Shown here: piece after piece, positions 36,401 through 47,804 of the stretch | How positions within the stretch are numbered: position 1 is the first letter of the stretch | Layout: each line of letters opens with the position of its first letter | NCBI GenBank assembly: GCA_010909165.1 | Contig: MU008160.1 | Span: forward strand, 124,001-188,000 | Source of the DNA: Anthoceros angustus | Taxonomy: Eukaryota > Plantae > Anthocerotophyta | Length of the DNA: 64,000 nucleotides | Direction: 5' to 3' | The notes under the pieces: model-generated | What the model was told of the DNA's origin: nothing | Databases searched by the model: none | What the model saw: the letters and a program-made list of their open reading frames with translations, nothing else | Position numbers and translations under genes: made by a program

Positions 36401-37221
36401 AGGTGACCTCCTCCCATGTGAGAGTGTCTTGGGCTATTAGGAAATCTATGAACCACGACCAAGCTTGGGCATAGATATAGAAACATCTTACGTATGTCCT
36501 CACGGATAGCAAAGCGCTCGTTAGCGATGCTAGCGTAAGCGATTCGTGAAAGGTGTCGATGTGCTTTCGCAAATCGTCTCCTCGAATACTTCAATGTCGT
36601 CTGCGACAAAACAAGTGAAATACTTCACCGCTCCCTTCGCCATATTTTTCATTGAGAAGATTCCAAATGTACTCCATGCCCTTGTCTGGTTCTCCGACCT
36701 TTAGTTGGGTAGAGATTCATATATAGGAGAGCTGTACCCTTGTGGTCTCTCCGCATCTATTCTCTCTGCTCTCTCCCCTCATCTTGGTTTGCTCTTTGCC
36801 CTCGGCATACCATCGCGTCCTCGCCATCAGAGGAACCTTCATGGACCTTTTCCATACATGGAACTCCGTTCCATCAAACACCCGTCCTCAAGGCGCGGTG
36901 GTTCTGAGCCCATCGCCATCACAACTCCGTCCTCTCTTATCAAGTCTCGCGATTAGTGTTCCCGCGATACCATGAAGAACTAGCTCGGACACAACCGGCT
37001 GGGGCGCAGGATCAACACGGTTAGCGGAACCGCGAGGCAATGGATGGCAATGCTGCGCTTAGATAGGCTCCACAGTACACATCAATATGGTGCACAGGGT
37101 GCTACATATATAGCCCTTAGGCTAGGCAACTATCGAGGAGGTAAGCCCTAGACTCAATAGTGCAATATCCTAGTATATCCTAATATACTAGAGTAAGTAG
37201 CAGAGGATTAAATCTCTAACA
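33493..37221 (-). mobile_element. Copia LTR retrotransposon, internally deleted (non-autonomous), with 5-bp TSD
   Basis: LTRs 33493-33761 and 36973-37221; TSD CTGGT (33488-92, 37222-26); PPT GAAGGGGGAG; degenerate PBS TGGTATC. RT MDVTIAFLYGEL.KEIYMRQPPGF...IYGLKQS. RT DLGEATFFLGM is fused directly to the RNase H end (D/H)IFTKALSGAKF, so most of RNase H is deleted. Confidence 0.95.
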
Positions 37222-37226
37222 CTGGT

Positions 37227-37688
37227 TTGGAAGGCAATCCATTCCAAGCCTTCATCGCCAGGCTGGAAGCTGTGAGGGTAGACCCTTGGGAGTACGTAGG
37301 TACTAGGCATCACCACCGTTGATGTCATGGCTCTCAAACCGCTCTCCATTGTTGCCAACGATTTCCGGTCGTGAAGAACCTCTCACAGTGTGCACAGTGG
37401 CATGGCCGTTGAGAACCCCTTGAGTAGCCAAAATTGCATATGGAATAGCAGGAGTTCACATCAGCCTTCGCGAACCGTTGGCGATATGGTCACGCCAATC
37501 GGTCTGGCTGGCCCGAAGCCCGTTAACTCGGCTCTTTCGATTCTCACATCACGCTCAGCCTCACGATGCCCACGTCATGCTGGCTGGTGAGGAGGTCTTC
37601 CACCTGCCTCTCATCCACGTCCCAGGCATCCACCGTGGCCAAGAACTTTCTCTTGAATCCGTGCAGAATTCCGCAGAACTCCTGCTAG
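37227..37688 (-). repeat. Unidentified repeat family; second copy at about 63400-63760
   Basis: Shared AACCGTTGG.GATATGGTCACGC..TCGGTCTGGCT...CTCATCCACGTCC.AGGCATCCAC; minus-strand peptide EFCxILHG...FLAxVDAxDVDER. Confidence 0.6.
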
Positions 37689-38065
37689 TGTGAAAAGACA
37701 CATCTCTAACACACAAAACTAGTCTAGGGTTTAAATATGTCGTTTCATAATAAACATAAAGAACATATTTTTTGTATTATTGATAATTAACGAGAAGAGT
37801 CAAACTACGAAGTACTCTCTCGTGTCTTCACTCTTTTTCGCTCTTTTGACTTGGTATCAGAGCACCCGATCCTTAGGTCATGATGCGAGAGGTGTAGAAT
37901 CGCATCATGTAATGATGATGATCCTACGCCCCTAGGCCTTCAAGATGCACATTACAAACCCTCACTTGTTTATGAAATAAAGAATGACAAGGAGATGGGG
38001 TAATGGCGCAGGGTGTGTGGTTCCTCTTACCACAATAGTGAGGGAACAATCTCAGAGTCATGTGT
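37689..38065 (+). mobile_element. LTR plus PBS 5' fragment of another LTR element
   Basis: AT-rich block starting TGTG, followed by perfect PBS TGGTATCAGAGC at 37852-37863. Confidence 0.65.
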
Positions 38066-38069
38066 GTCA

Positions 38070-41000
38070 GTACGGGGCGCCCGCCTCCATCTGCTCACCG
38101 TCGGGGTTGGGCGACAGGCGGGGCGATCGTGCCGGAGGACTCCAGCAGCCTACACGAGGGAGAAGAAGGCGATGGCACCCAAAAAGGCTACGAGGTCCGG
38201 GAGCCATGGAACACAGTAGAGCGCAACTTCAGGACCCGGCTATCCGGACTTTGGGCCCTGGCTGGAAGGCGGGGAATTAGTCGAGGAGTGGCACTTGGAT
38301 GTGTTCAGTGTGACGTTGTGACGTCGCTCACGGTCCGGAGTTCGCCGGAAGATGTTGGCGGCCAACAAGGAGGTTCGGTCCAAGAACCTCCGGAGGATCT
38401 AGGCGATGGACCTTGAGGGGTCCGAGGCGCCTACCGCCCAAAGGAGGAAGAAGGGGCGTGGTGCCGGAAGGGGGCAGGCCGGATTATTGTCCATTGGAAC
38501 TGCTCACCAAGGTGGATCACCTTGGTGATAACTTTGGTATTCTGCATGCGCTGAGGAAAGAGGCGGGGCGGGGAAGGATTATCTTGCCGGTTCGATCAGG
38601 AGAGCCCATGAGGAGGCGAAGCCCTCGCCATTGTCCCCATACAGTCCATGTGGGGACATTTGAACTCTGAAGGAGGAGAGATCGGCGGCGCTCGGGAAGG
38701 TGGAGGCCCTGGGAAGTGGAGCGTGCAAGGCGCCAGGTGGGGGCCCCCTAAGGCCAAGCGGACCGGGAGGAGGGCGGGAGGATTGGGACTCCATCGTGCA
38801 GCGGACCCCTCACCACCCGAGGGAAGTATGGGAAGAAATCCCGCTTCCCTTCTCAGTGCCTCCTCGGAGCAACCAGCGAGGAGGAGGGCAGCGGAGGCGG
38901 GAGTTGGCGGTTGCACTCCGTGGCCCCGGCGGCCAGGACCCCACGGACTCGGCAAGAGGCGCAAGGCGGTGACACCTCGAGGGCAGTGCCTGCCACTTGC
39001 AGATTGGCAAAAGGCGGTAAGGAGGCGAAGGGACGCCAAGGGCGAGAGGTCACTTGGCGGCAGCCGCACCAGGCCCGTCATCCCGGCAGGAAGGGGCAAA
39101 AGGGCTAGCTCCGGACCCCTCACCCCTGAGCCCAGGACGAAGAGGGCAAATAAGGAACTGGCGGCCAAGAGGGCCAAGGAGGGTGAAGCTCCGGAGCTCA
39201 GCACTCGGGACCTAAGGGTCCTGATTAGGTCCGGAGAACCCAGTCCGGACTTACTCCGGACTGCGGTATGGAGGTCCTTGGCGGACCGCGAAATGCCCGC
39301 TCCCTCTACGGACTTTGTGGGGCCTCACCAGTGGCGGCCGTGGAAGAAACACGGCGGGTCCTACAGTCATGGGCCGGTATGCTTTAGGGTCTGCGGGACT
39401 GAGAAGACCCGGGAGGTAGAAGCCACCCGAGGCGTATGGTGCTCCTCAGGAGAGTTGGAGGGGGCCGAGGCAGGAGGCAGAAGCTCTCGGCCGCATCGAG
39501 GAAGGAAGCAGGAGGCCGAGAGGAAGTCTGGTCCATCCAAGCAGGCCGGACTAAATTCCACCTGGGTGGCGGTGGCGAGCCTGAGGAGGCCCAAGCAGGC
39601 GGAAGACCTGCAGCGGAGGAGTAGCGAGGCGGAGGCAGGCGCAAGCGGAGAAGGCTCGTGACTGGCGAGGCGGACCCGGCCAAATGGGCGGCTTCAGTGA
39701 AAGCGGCAAGGGAGGCGGAAGCCTTGCTAAGACCGTCGGATCACTATCGGCGTGATCGGGCCGGTGGAGGGAGGCGGAGGAGGCGGCGGCTAACTGAAGA
39801 AGGAGGCGAGGCGGAGGAGGCGAGGCGGAGGAGGCGAGGCGGAGGAGGAAGCAGCAGCAAGGAGATGGAGGATCTCGGTCTCGGTGCGTGAGGTGGGCGC
39901 CCGGCGGGAGATGGAAGACCGCAAGGAGACCTGGGCTGCGGCTCAAGTTACCATTGAGAGGAATGGTAGTCTGCGGGCGTGATCGCGGATCCCGAGCGAA
40001 ATAGGCGGCTCCGGCTCTGTTGGCGACGGAGGAAATGCAGCGATGGAGCAGGGCGGGGCGTCGCGAAATGGAGAAGGACACAGGCGAGGCCCGATGAGGC
40101 GAGTTGCCCGACTTTGGAGAGGAGATGGCGAGTTAACGGCAGAATGAGCGGAGGAGGCGAGAGCACCGGGCCTTGAGAAAAGCTGGTCCGATTGAGCGGA
40201 AGGGGGCGCTATGGCGGTAAGCTAGCTAGCGGAGGCGGAAGCAGGAGGAGGCGGGGCCTTGAAGGGGAGTGGAAGGAGGCGAGGCGGAGCAGTGCGGGAG
40301 GTGGCGCCCCTTAGCCTCGGCCCGGCTCGGTATCAAACTGGCGGAGGTGGTCCAACAAGCGGCGCCCACTTAGGAACACCTATGGCGAAGGGGAGTCGGG
40401 TGCTCGGGCACAGCGTGGAAGGCAATTGACAAGTTGATTCGGACTTTGCCTATTACCGCTGAGCTCCTTAAGACATTGGCGACCTCTCCGCTTCAAATAG
40501 GCGGACCCCTGGAAGGCTCGAGAAGGGGATGAAGGGCATGGGGACACGGGACTCTAGTGGCCTGTTTGGAGACGGCGGGAGATGGAAGACCGCAGGAGAC
40601 CACAGGCTGCGGCTCAAGTTACCATTGAGAGGAATGGTGAGTGCGTGATCGCGGATCCCGAGCGAAATAGGCGGCTCCAGCTCTGTTGGCGACGGAGGAA
40701 ATGCAGCGATGGAGCAGGGCGGGGCGTCGCCGAAATGGAGAAGGACTGGCGAGGCGCAATCAGGCGAGTTGCCCGCCACTTTGGAGAGGAGATGGCGAGG
40801 TTAGGCAGGATGAGCGGAGGAGGCGGGGCCTTGAGAAAAGGCTGCTGGTCCGATTGAGAAAGCGGAAGGGCAGCGCTATGGCGGGTAAGCGGCGGAGGCG
40901 GAAGCGACGAGCTGGGCGAGGCGGAGCAATGGCGGGCTGGGAGGTGGCCAGGCGCCCTTAGCAGCCCTGGCGTGACACGGCCCGGCTCCACAAACTAGCG

Positions 41001-42421
41001 AGAGGTGGTCCAACAAGCCGGCGCACCTTGACCAGGAACACCTATGGCGAAGGGAATCGGGTGCTCGGGCTGCGTGGAAGAGGCAATTCACAGTTGATTC
41101 GGACTTTGCCTATTACCATTAAGACATTGGCGACCTCTCGGCGCCCGGCTTCAAATAGGCGGACCCAGAAGGCCTCGAGAAGGGGATGAAGGGCATGGGG
41201 CCACGAGACTCTAGTGGCCTGTTTGGAGCAAGTAGCGGAGAAGAGCATCGGGAGGAGGCGGGGCCACGGCCGATGTGAATCCCGGGGTAAGTCCGCAACC
41301 CTTTCGGGAAGATAGGCGGGGCCTTGAAGGGGAGTGGAAGGAGGAAGCCAAGACAAGGGTCGGTGGGAAGGATGAGGACCTAGCGATGAGAGGTCCGCGG
41401 GTAAAGTCCGGGAGCTTGGGGCCGGACCCCGGTAATAAGTTGGACCGAGGTCAGAGAAGACCGGACCCAGGCCGGACTCGGGGAAGGCGGACTCCGAGTT
41501 CCGACTCGGGGTCGAGGACCTCGAGGTCCGGGACTCGGGAGGCGAGGAGGCCCAAGCAGGCGGAAGCAGGCGTCGGTGGCCCCGGAGGGACCTTTGGGGA
41601 AGCAGCGTTGTGTGGCAGCGGTCGTCGACCGCGCCGTAATAACTGACGATTCGGAAGAGGAAGGGTCCTCGCGGATCATCCGATTAGGTGCGCCCAATGT
41701 CGAGCGGAGATTGGACCACCAATCCGGAACCAGGACCTTCCAGACCGTGCCGAAGGAGATAGGAGGAATAGGATGGTAGGCGGCGATTAGGCGTCTTGGT
41801 AGCCACCGGCTCGAGAATAGGGGTGTAATAAAAGGCGCCGAGGCGTAGTATAAGAGGTGCTCTAAGTAAAGTATCTTTCTCTTGGTGTTGATCGCGTTTC
41901 TTGACCCTTGTCGCGTCTTCTTGCTAACGTGAGTCTGAGTCCGGCGAGCCAGCGGCCGGAGGAGGCGTCAAGGTTGTAGGACCTAGCGTGTGGTGGTGTG
42001 TCGGGGAAGTGGCGGGGACCGTGTTCGTCGAGGCGGCGTCGAGCAGGCCGGAGCGTGTGGCCGGAGGAACTCGGGAGGCGTGTAGAGCCGGACGGAGGCC
42101 GGCGAGCAGGAGGTCGGGTAGCCCAGCGTTTTCCCTAAGGCCCGATAGTGTAGTGTGAGTGGAGAGAAGAGCGGACTAGAGGTGCAAGTGACAAACGTGA
42201 GCGATCTGAGGGTGACAGGTCCCTAAGCGTTTAGCCACACGATGTCACGGTGAAGCGTTGCGAGTAGTTAGGCAGCGAATTGATGAATGTGCGTTGAGTG
42301 AAGCAGACGCAAAGTGAAGTGAGAATCGTCTAAAGCAGCGCAAAGCGAGCCTATCATTCCCAGGAGCGGACTCCTTCCTACAACGACCACTGGATTGTGC
42401 GCGCTGGCCGTCGGTAAGGCA
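38070..42421 (+). mobile_element. Element A: 5'-truncated giant LTR (solo or 3' LTR) of the Gypsy family
   Basis: MAPKK ORF from 38172 to ...IGGIGW* at 41779; TGTAATAAA at about 41824; tail homologous to 47213-47784; no PBS follows. Confidence 0.75.
39906..41230 (+). repeat. About 660-bp tandem duplication inside element A
   Basis: GGGAGATGGAAGACCGCA...GCTGCGGCTCAAGTTACCATTGAGAGGAATGG at about 39907 and 40577; both units end GAAGGGCATGGG...GACTCTAGTGGCCTGTTTGGAG. Confidence 0.85.
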
Positions 42422-43551
42422 TCAGGCGCCTTGCCGCCTCCGCTCCGGTAGGGCCGCCCGGCGCCGCTCTTCTTCCCCATCCTTCAGAGGTCGAGTGTCC
42501 CACACATGGATCGAGATATGGGGCCCCGATGAAGGTGGCTTCTCGCACCTTAGCTTGTAGCCTCCTCAATCATGGCGACAATCCTTCCTGGCCACCTTCT
42601 TTCCCAGCCGTAGCATGCAGAACACTAATAAGTTGTCACCGAGGTGATCCACCTGGTGGCAGTTCCAATGGACGATGATCCGGCCACCGCCTCACCTCCT
42701 CATCCGGCAGTCCGACATCAACCGTTGGTTGTTCGCGCGTTCCAAGCTCAAGCCAAGACCGCCTGCCTATCTTTCCCTCGCCTGAGGGGTTCCGGGACTC
42801 GCCCCCACTCTCCTCCGTGGCGGTTGTAAGCCAGGCCCTCGGGACCTCCAAGGTCCACCTGATCCTCCCGAGGTTCTTGATCAACCTCCTTGTTGGCCGC
42901 TGCCAACATCTTTCGCGAACTCCTGACTAGGGTGACATCACAAATGTCCAGCCGGAACACGTCTAGGTGCCACTCTTGAGCCAATCCTCCCGCCTCCTCC
43001 AACCACGGCCAAAGTCCGGATAATAGCGGGGTGACAATGATTTCGCTCTACTGTGTTCCATGGCGCCCATACCTCCAGCCTTCTTGGGTCCCATCGCCTT
43101 TTCTCCTTACTCATGTCAGACGATTGTCCGAGATCGGCTGGCACGATGCGCCTCTTCAGCCGTCACGCCTCCAACTCCAAAGGTGAGCTGCGTGCCAAGG
43201 TGCTCGAGCGTTCGGAGATAGCGCCCGAGGGCGAGGTTGAGCGCAAGATCGAAGAATTGTCTCGAGGTCGCCGGAGAAATGACCCTCCTCGCGCGCGCCG
43301 CGCTGGGGAGTAATCAACTGGGCGGGAGGTGCCCTTCCTCGTCTGTGGCAGGTCGCATGGCTTACTCTCGCCCTTGCAGCCACGCTTACTCGCCTTACGC
43401 GCGTACTGCAGCCTTCTGGCGCCTCCGCGGGGCGTGAATACCTGCTCGGCAAGGCTACGATCTGGCATGCCTGCGACCTCCATTCGATGGCTGATCACGT
43501 GGCGCCCGCCCCGACTTCACGACTCAACTTCTAAATGACTTTCCTGGCGTA
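42422..43551 (-). mobile_element. Element Y: distal part of its 3' LTR including the LTR-ORF start (ATG 43094)
   Basis: MGPKK..EVWAPWNTVERN; VDHLGDNLLVF; collinear continuation of 57464-57245. Confidence 0.75.
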
Positions 43552-46500
43552 TGTGGGCTACGGACTTCCTTGGGGTTAGGAAATAAGTGGGGTTTGTTTT
43601 TTGTAGGTTGGAATAGTAAAATAAGGCGGAAAAGGAGGAATAAGCACGGATGGCGCCGGACGGGACTTGGAGTAAGCAACGGACCACTCGGGAGTAAGCG
43701 GACCCGATACCTGGAAACTCGGACTACACTCAGCAAGTCAGGAGAAGCTCGGATACCCTTGGGTCTGGAGGTAAGTCCGGACCGTCGAGAAGGATAAATC
43801 GCCGGGAAAGCAACTTTGAATTGAGTCGAGGAGGACTAGGCGGCGCCACGTGGGCGGCCGAGTGGAGGAGCAGCATGCGGAGCCGGGGCCGTAGCCTCGC
43901 CAGGCCGTTATGGGCGGTATTCACGCCCGGGTGCGGCGGCGTGGGCTAAATGCTGGCGTAAGGCTAAATAACAGCGTAGGGACAAAGTAAGCCATGCGGA
44001 CCCAGCGATTGCGGACGAAGAGCGTCCTTCCGGCGGTTACTCGAAAGAGCGGGGGAAGTCATTCTCCCAAACCTCTTTGATTCTCGCGCTCCTCGCCTCA
44101 CATCCGGCTCTTTGGCGGAGTCTCTTCTTGCCAAGGTGTCCCCACGCGCAGTTCACGGAGGAAGGAGCTAGCATAAGCGGAGGAGAGGAGGCCGAGCGGC
44201 CTCAAATTCGAGCAAGGCACAAGCGGACGGCAGCGATGGCACCCAAGAAAGCGTCGGAGGAGGTGCCATGGACCCTCGTTGTGACGGCTACCACTTTGGT
44301 CCATGGCTCGAGGCGGAGGGGTGGTCGAGGAGTGGCACTGGACATCTTCCAGGCTGGACCTATGATAGCGTCACCATGGTCCGGGAGCCGGAAGATCTTG
44401 TGATGCAAGGAAGGAGGTCCGCTCAGAACTTCGGGAGGACCCGAAGATGGGTGGAAGTCCCGAGGATCTATCGCCCGAGGAGGTAGGAGGTGTGGTGCGG
44501 AGCCCCAAGGTAAAGGGAAGGTGGAAGCGGCTGGGCGGCCTCCTCGCCCGAGGGGACACGATCCTCGAGCGGATGGTTGATGTCGAGCTCTGACAAGAGG
44601 GTAAGGCGGTGGCGATAATATCCATTGGAACATGCACCAAGGTGGATCACCTTGGTGATAACTAGTCTTCCTCCACGACTGCGGAAGGCAGGATTGGGGA
44701 AGATATCTTCACGGAAGGATCGATCGAGGCGCGCACGAGGTGTGAGAAGCCACCTCCCTCGGTGACCCATACGATCCATGTATGGGGACGCGGACCTCGA
44801 AGAAGGGTGAGGAGGAGCAGCCCCGGAAAAGGTTGGGCCCGGAGTGGAGGGAGAAGGCCGAGGCGGAGGTCCGGCCTCCGAGCAAGCGGGTCCGGGAGGA
44901 GGCGGAGGAGGCATTCCGGACTCCATCGCTTGCGGACCCCTCACCACCTAGGGAAGTTTGGGAGGAGATTCCCCTTCCCTCCTTTGGTGCCCCTCCCGAG
45001 GCGGCAGCCGGGAGGCTGCGGGAAGGGCGTTGGCGGCTCCGGCGGCCGGACACCAACAACCACGGCGGTGCCGAACCCGACAAACTCGCGGGAGCCGAAG
45101 GCGGAAGGCGGTGCCGCCTACCAACGCGCACCTCGGAAGGTGCGGTACCCCACCACGGGTGGCAAGAATGAAGAGGCGGTAAGGAGGCGAGAAAGGGATC
45201 AAGGAGGCGGGAGGTCAGCGGCCCACCGAGCCGTCCCTCTCCAGGAGAGGAAGGAGCTCTCGGACCCCTCACCTCCTCAAGCCCGGAGAAAGAGGGCACA
45301 AAGGAGCCGGCCAAGAGGGTGAGACTCGGACCTCACCCTCGGGACTTGAGGTCTTGATCCGGAGAACCCAGTCGGACTTACTCGGACTGTATATGGTCCT
45401 TCGGACCGACTTTCTGGGCCTCACAGTGCGGCCGTGGAAGACACGGCGGGTCAGCTACCGTCATGGACGGAATGCTGGGGCCGTGATGCAGAAGGCCAGG
45501 AAGTGGAGGCCACCGGAGGAGGATGGTGGAACTCAAGAGGCGGCCCAGGAGGCAAAGGAAAAGGCGAGTCCCTCGCTCGGATCGAGGAAGGAAGCGCCAG
45601 GCGGAGCCCGGCGGTTGAGACGACCAAGGTTCTTGACTGTGACGGTGAAGCAAGCAGAGGCCCAAGCCAGGCGGAGGACCTGCAAGCGGGGCGGAGGCGG
45701 AGGAAGCGGAGGAGGAGCAGGCGGCAGGCGGAGGCGGCGCAGGCGGGCTAGCCAAGCCGGTGAGGCTAAGGTGAAGGCAGCGAGGCGGAAGCATGCGGCA
45801 GGATCACTACGGCGTGATCGGCCGGTGGAGAGTCGGCGGAGGCGAGCTAACTTGAAGGCCGCCGGCGATGGGCGAGCAAGGGTAACTCGGGAAGGGAGAT
45901 GGAGGCCGGCACTCGGGAGATAGGAGATCTCAAAATGCAGTGCAGAGTAGAGGAGGCGGCGGCAGATGGAGGCAAGGACAGCTGGAGCTACAACTCCAAG
46001 ATGCGTCGGGCGGTGATTCTCAGCAGGAGAATCCACGACTTGAGCACGAAATAGAGTGCCTCCGGCTCCGTCGAAGGCGGAGGAAAATCGGCGACTATCG
46101 AGGTTGGGCGTTGCGGGCGAAGGAAGGCTGGAAGAAGTCGGTCGGATGGATATACGGTCAGATTGGAGAGGAGGTGGCGGACTGCAGAATGAGCGGAGGA
46201 GGCGCTAGAGGAGGAAAGGCTCCAGTCGGAAGAGGCGGAAGGAGGCTGGCTATGGGTCGATGGCGGCTGGACAAAGGAGGAGGCGTTGGCGGAGCAAAGG
46301 CTGCAGGAGGTGTCGAGGCCGCTTTGGTGGAGTCTGCCAGCCGGTTGTCTGGCGGCGGAGGAGCCGGCGGGCCAACACTCCGCCGGAGCACCTTATGGCG
46401 GAGTCGGGTGCTCGGGCCATGTGGAAGGAGGCGATTCAACAAGTCGACTGCCCGCCCCACCAGCGCTCAAGCGAGGCACCACGTCACCCTCGGCGGGACG

Positions 46501-47784
46501 GACTTGACAGGTCAGGAAGGCGAGAAGAAGGCCAGGGATAGCGGCCACGGGACCTAGTGGCGTTGTTGACGGCGAGGGAGGCGGCGGAGGAGGAGCCGGA
46601 GGAGGCGGAGCAGGCGGATGTGGCGGTAAGCACCGCACCTCACCATGGAAGAGGGCCAGCGAGGAGTCGCCGGGCGATCGAGCAGGAAGGACTTGAGGAG
46701 AGCCACGGAGGTCCCGTGAGGGAAGAAACCGGGCGCGTGACCACGAGGTCCGGACTCAAGGCGGACCACGAGTCCGGACTCCAAGGAAGGCGGACCACAG
46801 TCCGGACCCGGAAGGAAGGCCGGACCACGAGGTCCGGACCCCGAACAAGGTCGGACCTAGCCGGCGGACTCGAAATAAGCGGACTCACGAGTTCGGGAGT
46901 CGAGGCGGACCTCGAGGTCCGGCTGCGGCGATGGAGGAGCCCCTTGACTTACGCTAGGGGGCAGAATGGCGGTGGCCCCGTGAGGACCGAGGCGAGGGGA
47001 GGATGGCGTCGTAAGCGGTTGTCGAACCGCCGCCCGGTAACTGGCAGATTCGGAGAGGAGGGCCCGCCTCACGGATCATCCGATTGAGCGCCTGGCTCGG
47101 GGCGGAGTTGGACCACCCATCGCGGCCACCTTCCAGCCCAGACGAAGGAGATAGGGAGGAAATAGGATGGTAGGCGGCCGATTAGGGTATCTTGGGCTGG
47201 CTCGAATAGGGGTGTAATAAAGGCGCCGACCTTGGGCGTAGTATAAGAGGGCGGTGCTCTAGTAAAGTATCTTTCTCTTGGTGTTGATGCGCGTTCTTGC
47301 AGACCTTGTGAGTCTTCTTGCTAACGTGAGTCTGAGTCAGGCGGGCACGGCGACTCGGGGATCAAGGTCAAGCCCGGACTTAACGTGTGGTGGTGTGTGC
47401 GGGGAAGGGCGGGACCCTTGTTCGTGAGGCGGTCCAACGTCAGCCGGAGCGTGTGAGCCGGAGGAACTCGGGAGGGGGTGTGCGAGCCGGACGGAGAGGC
47501 GGAACAGAGGAGGTCTGCGTAGCCAGCGTCTTTTCAAGGTTGATAAGTGTAGAGAAGGCGATGAGGAGGAGAGTGAAGAAGAGTGACGAGCGAGAGAACG
47601 GGTCCTTAAGCGTTTGGCCACCGGGCTGTTTGAGCGTTATAAATAGGTGTAGTGAAGATTGAGTGTGTTAAGGTGAAGTGGACCAAGAAGGTGAGAATCG
47701 GTGGCGGCAGCAGACTATCATTCCCTTGGGAGCGGACTCCATACCTAGCGACACGGGATTGTCGGGCGCCATCGGGTCGCCACA
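43552..47784 (+). repeat. 5' LTR of element B (4233 bp)
   Basis: Collinear with 52975-57243 over its whole length; TATAAATA at about 47638. Confidence 0.85.
44236..47171 (+). pseudogene. LTR-borne extra ORF (MAPKK..., about 1000 codons, frameshifted), 5' LTR copy
   Basis: Reconstructed across frames and copies: MAPKK...PWLEEAE.LV.EWHLDIFQAVWT.DSVTMV...KVDHLGDN..FLH....DWGKIIF; Arg/Glu-rich tail ending IGW*. Confidence 0.65.
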
Positions 47785-47804
47785 TTTTGGCGCCGTTCTT
47801 GGGA

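Noticed and set aside
47213-47784. A 570-bp LTR starting TGTAATAAA after GAATAGGGG
   Set aside because: The repeat shared by both ends of B extends 3.7 kb further left to TGTGG, which pairs with the CCACA end and follows a true PPT in element Y. Kept only as the alternative model.
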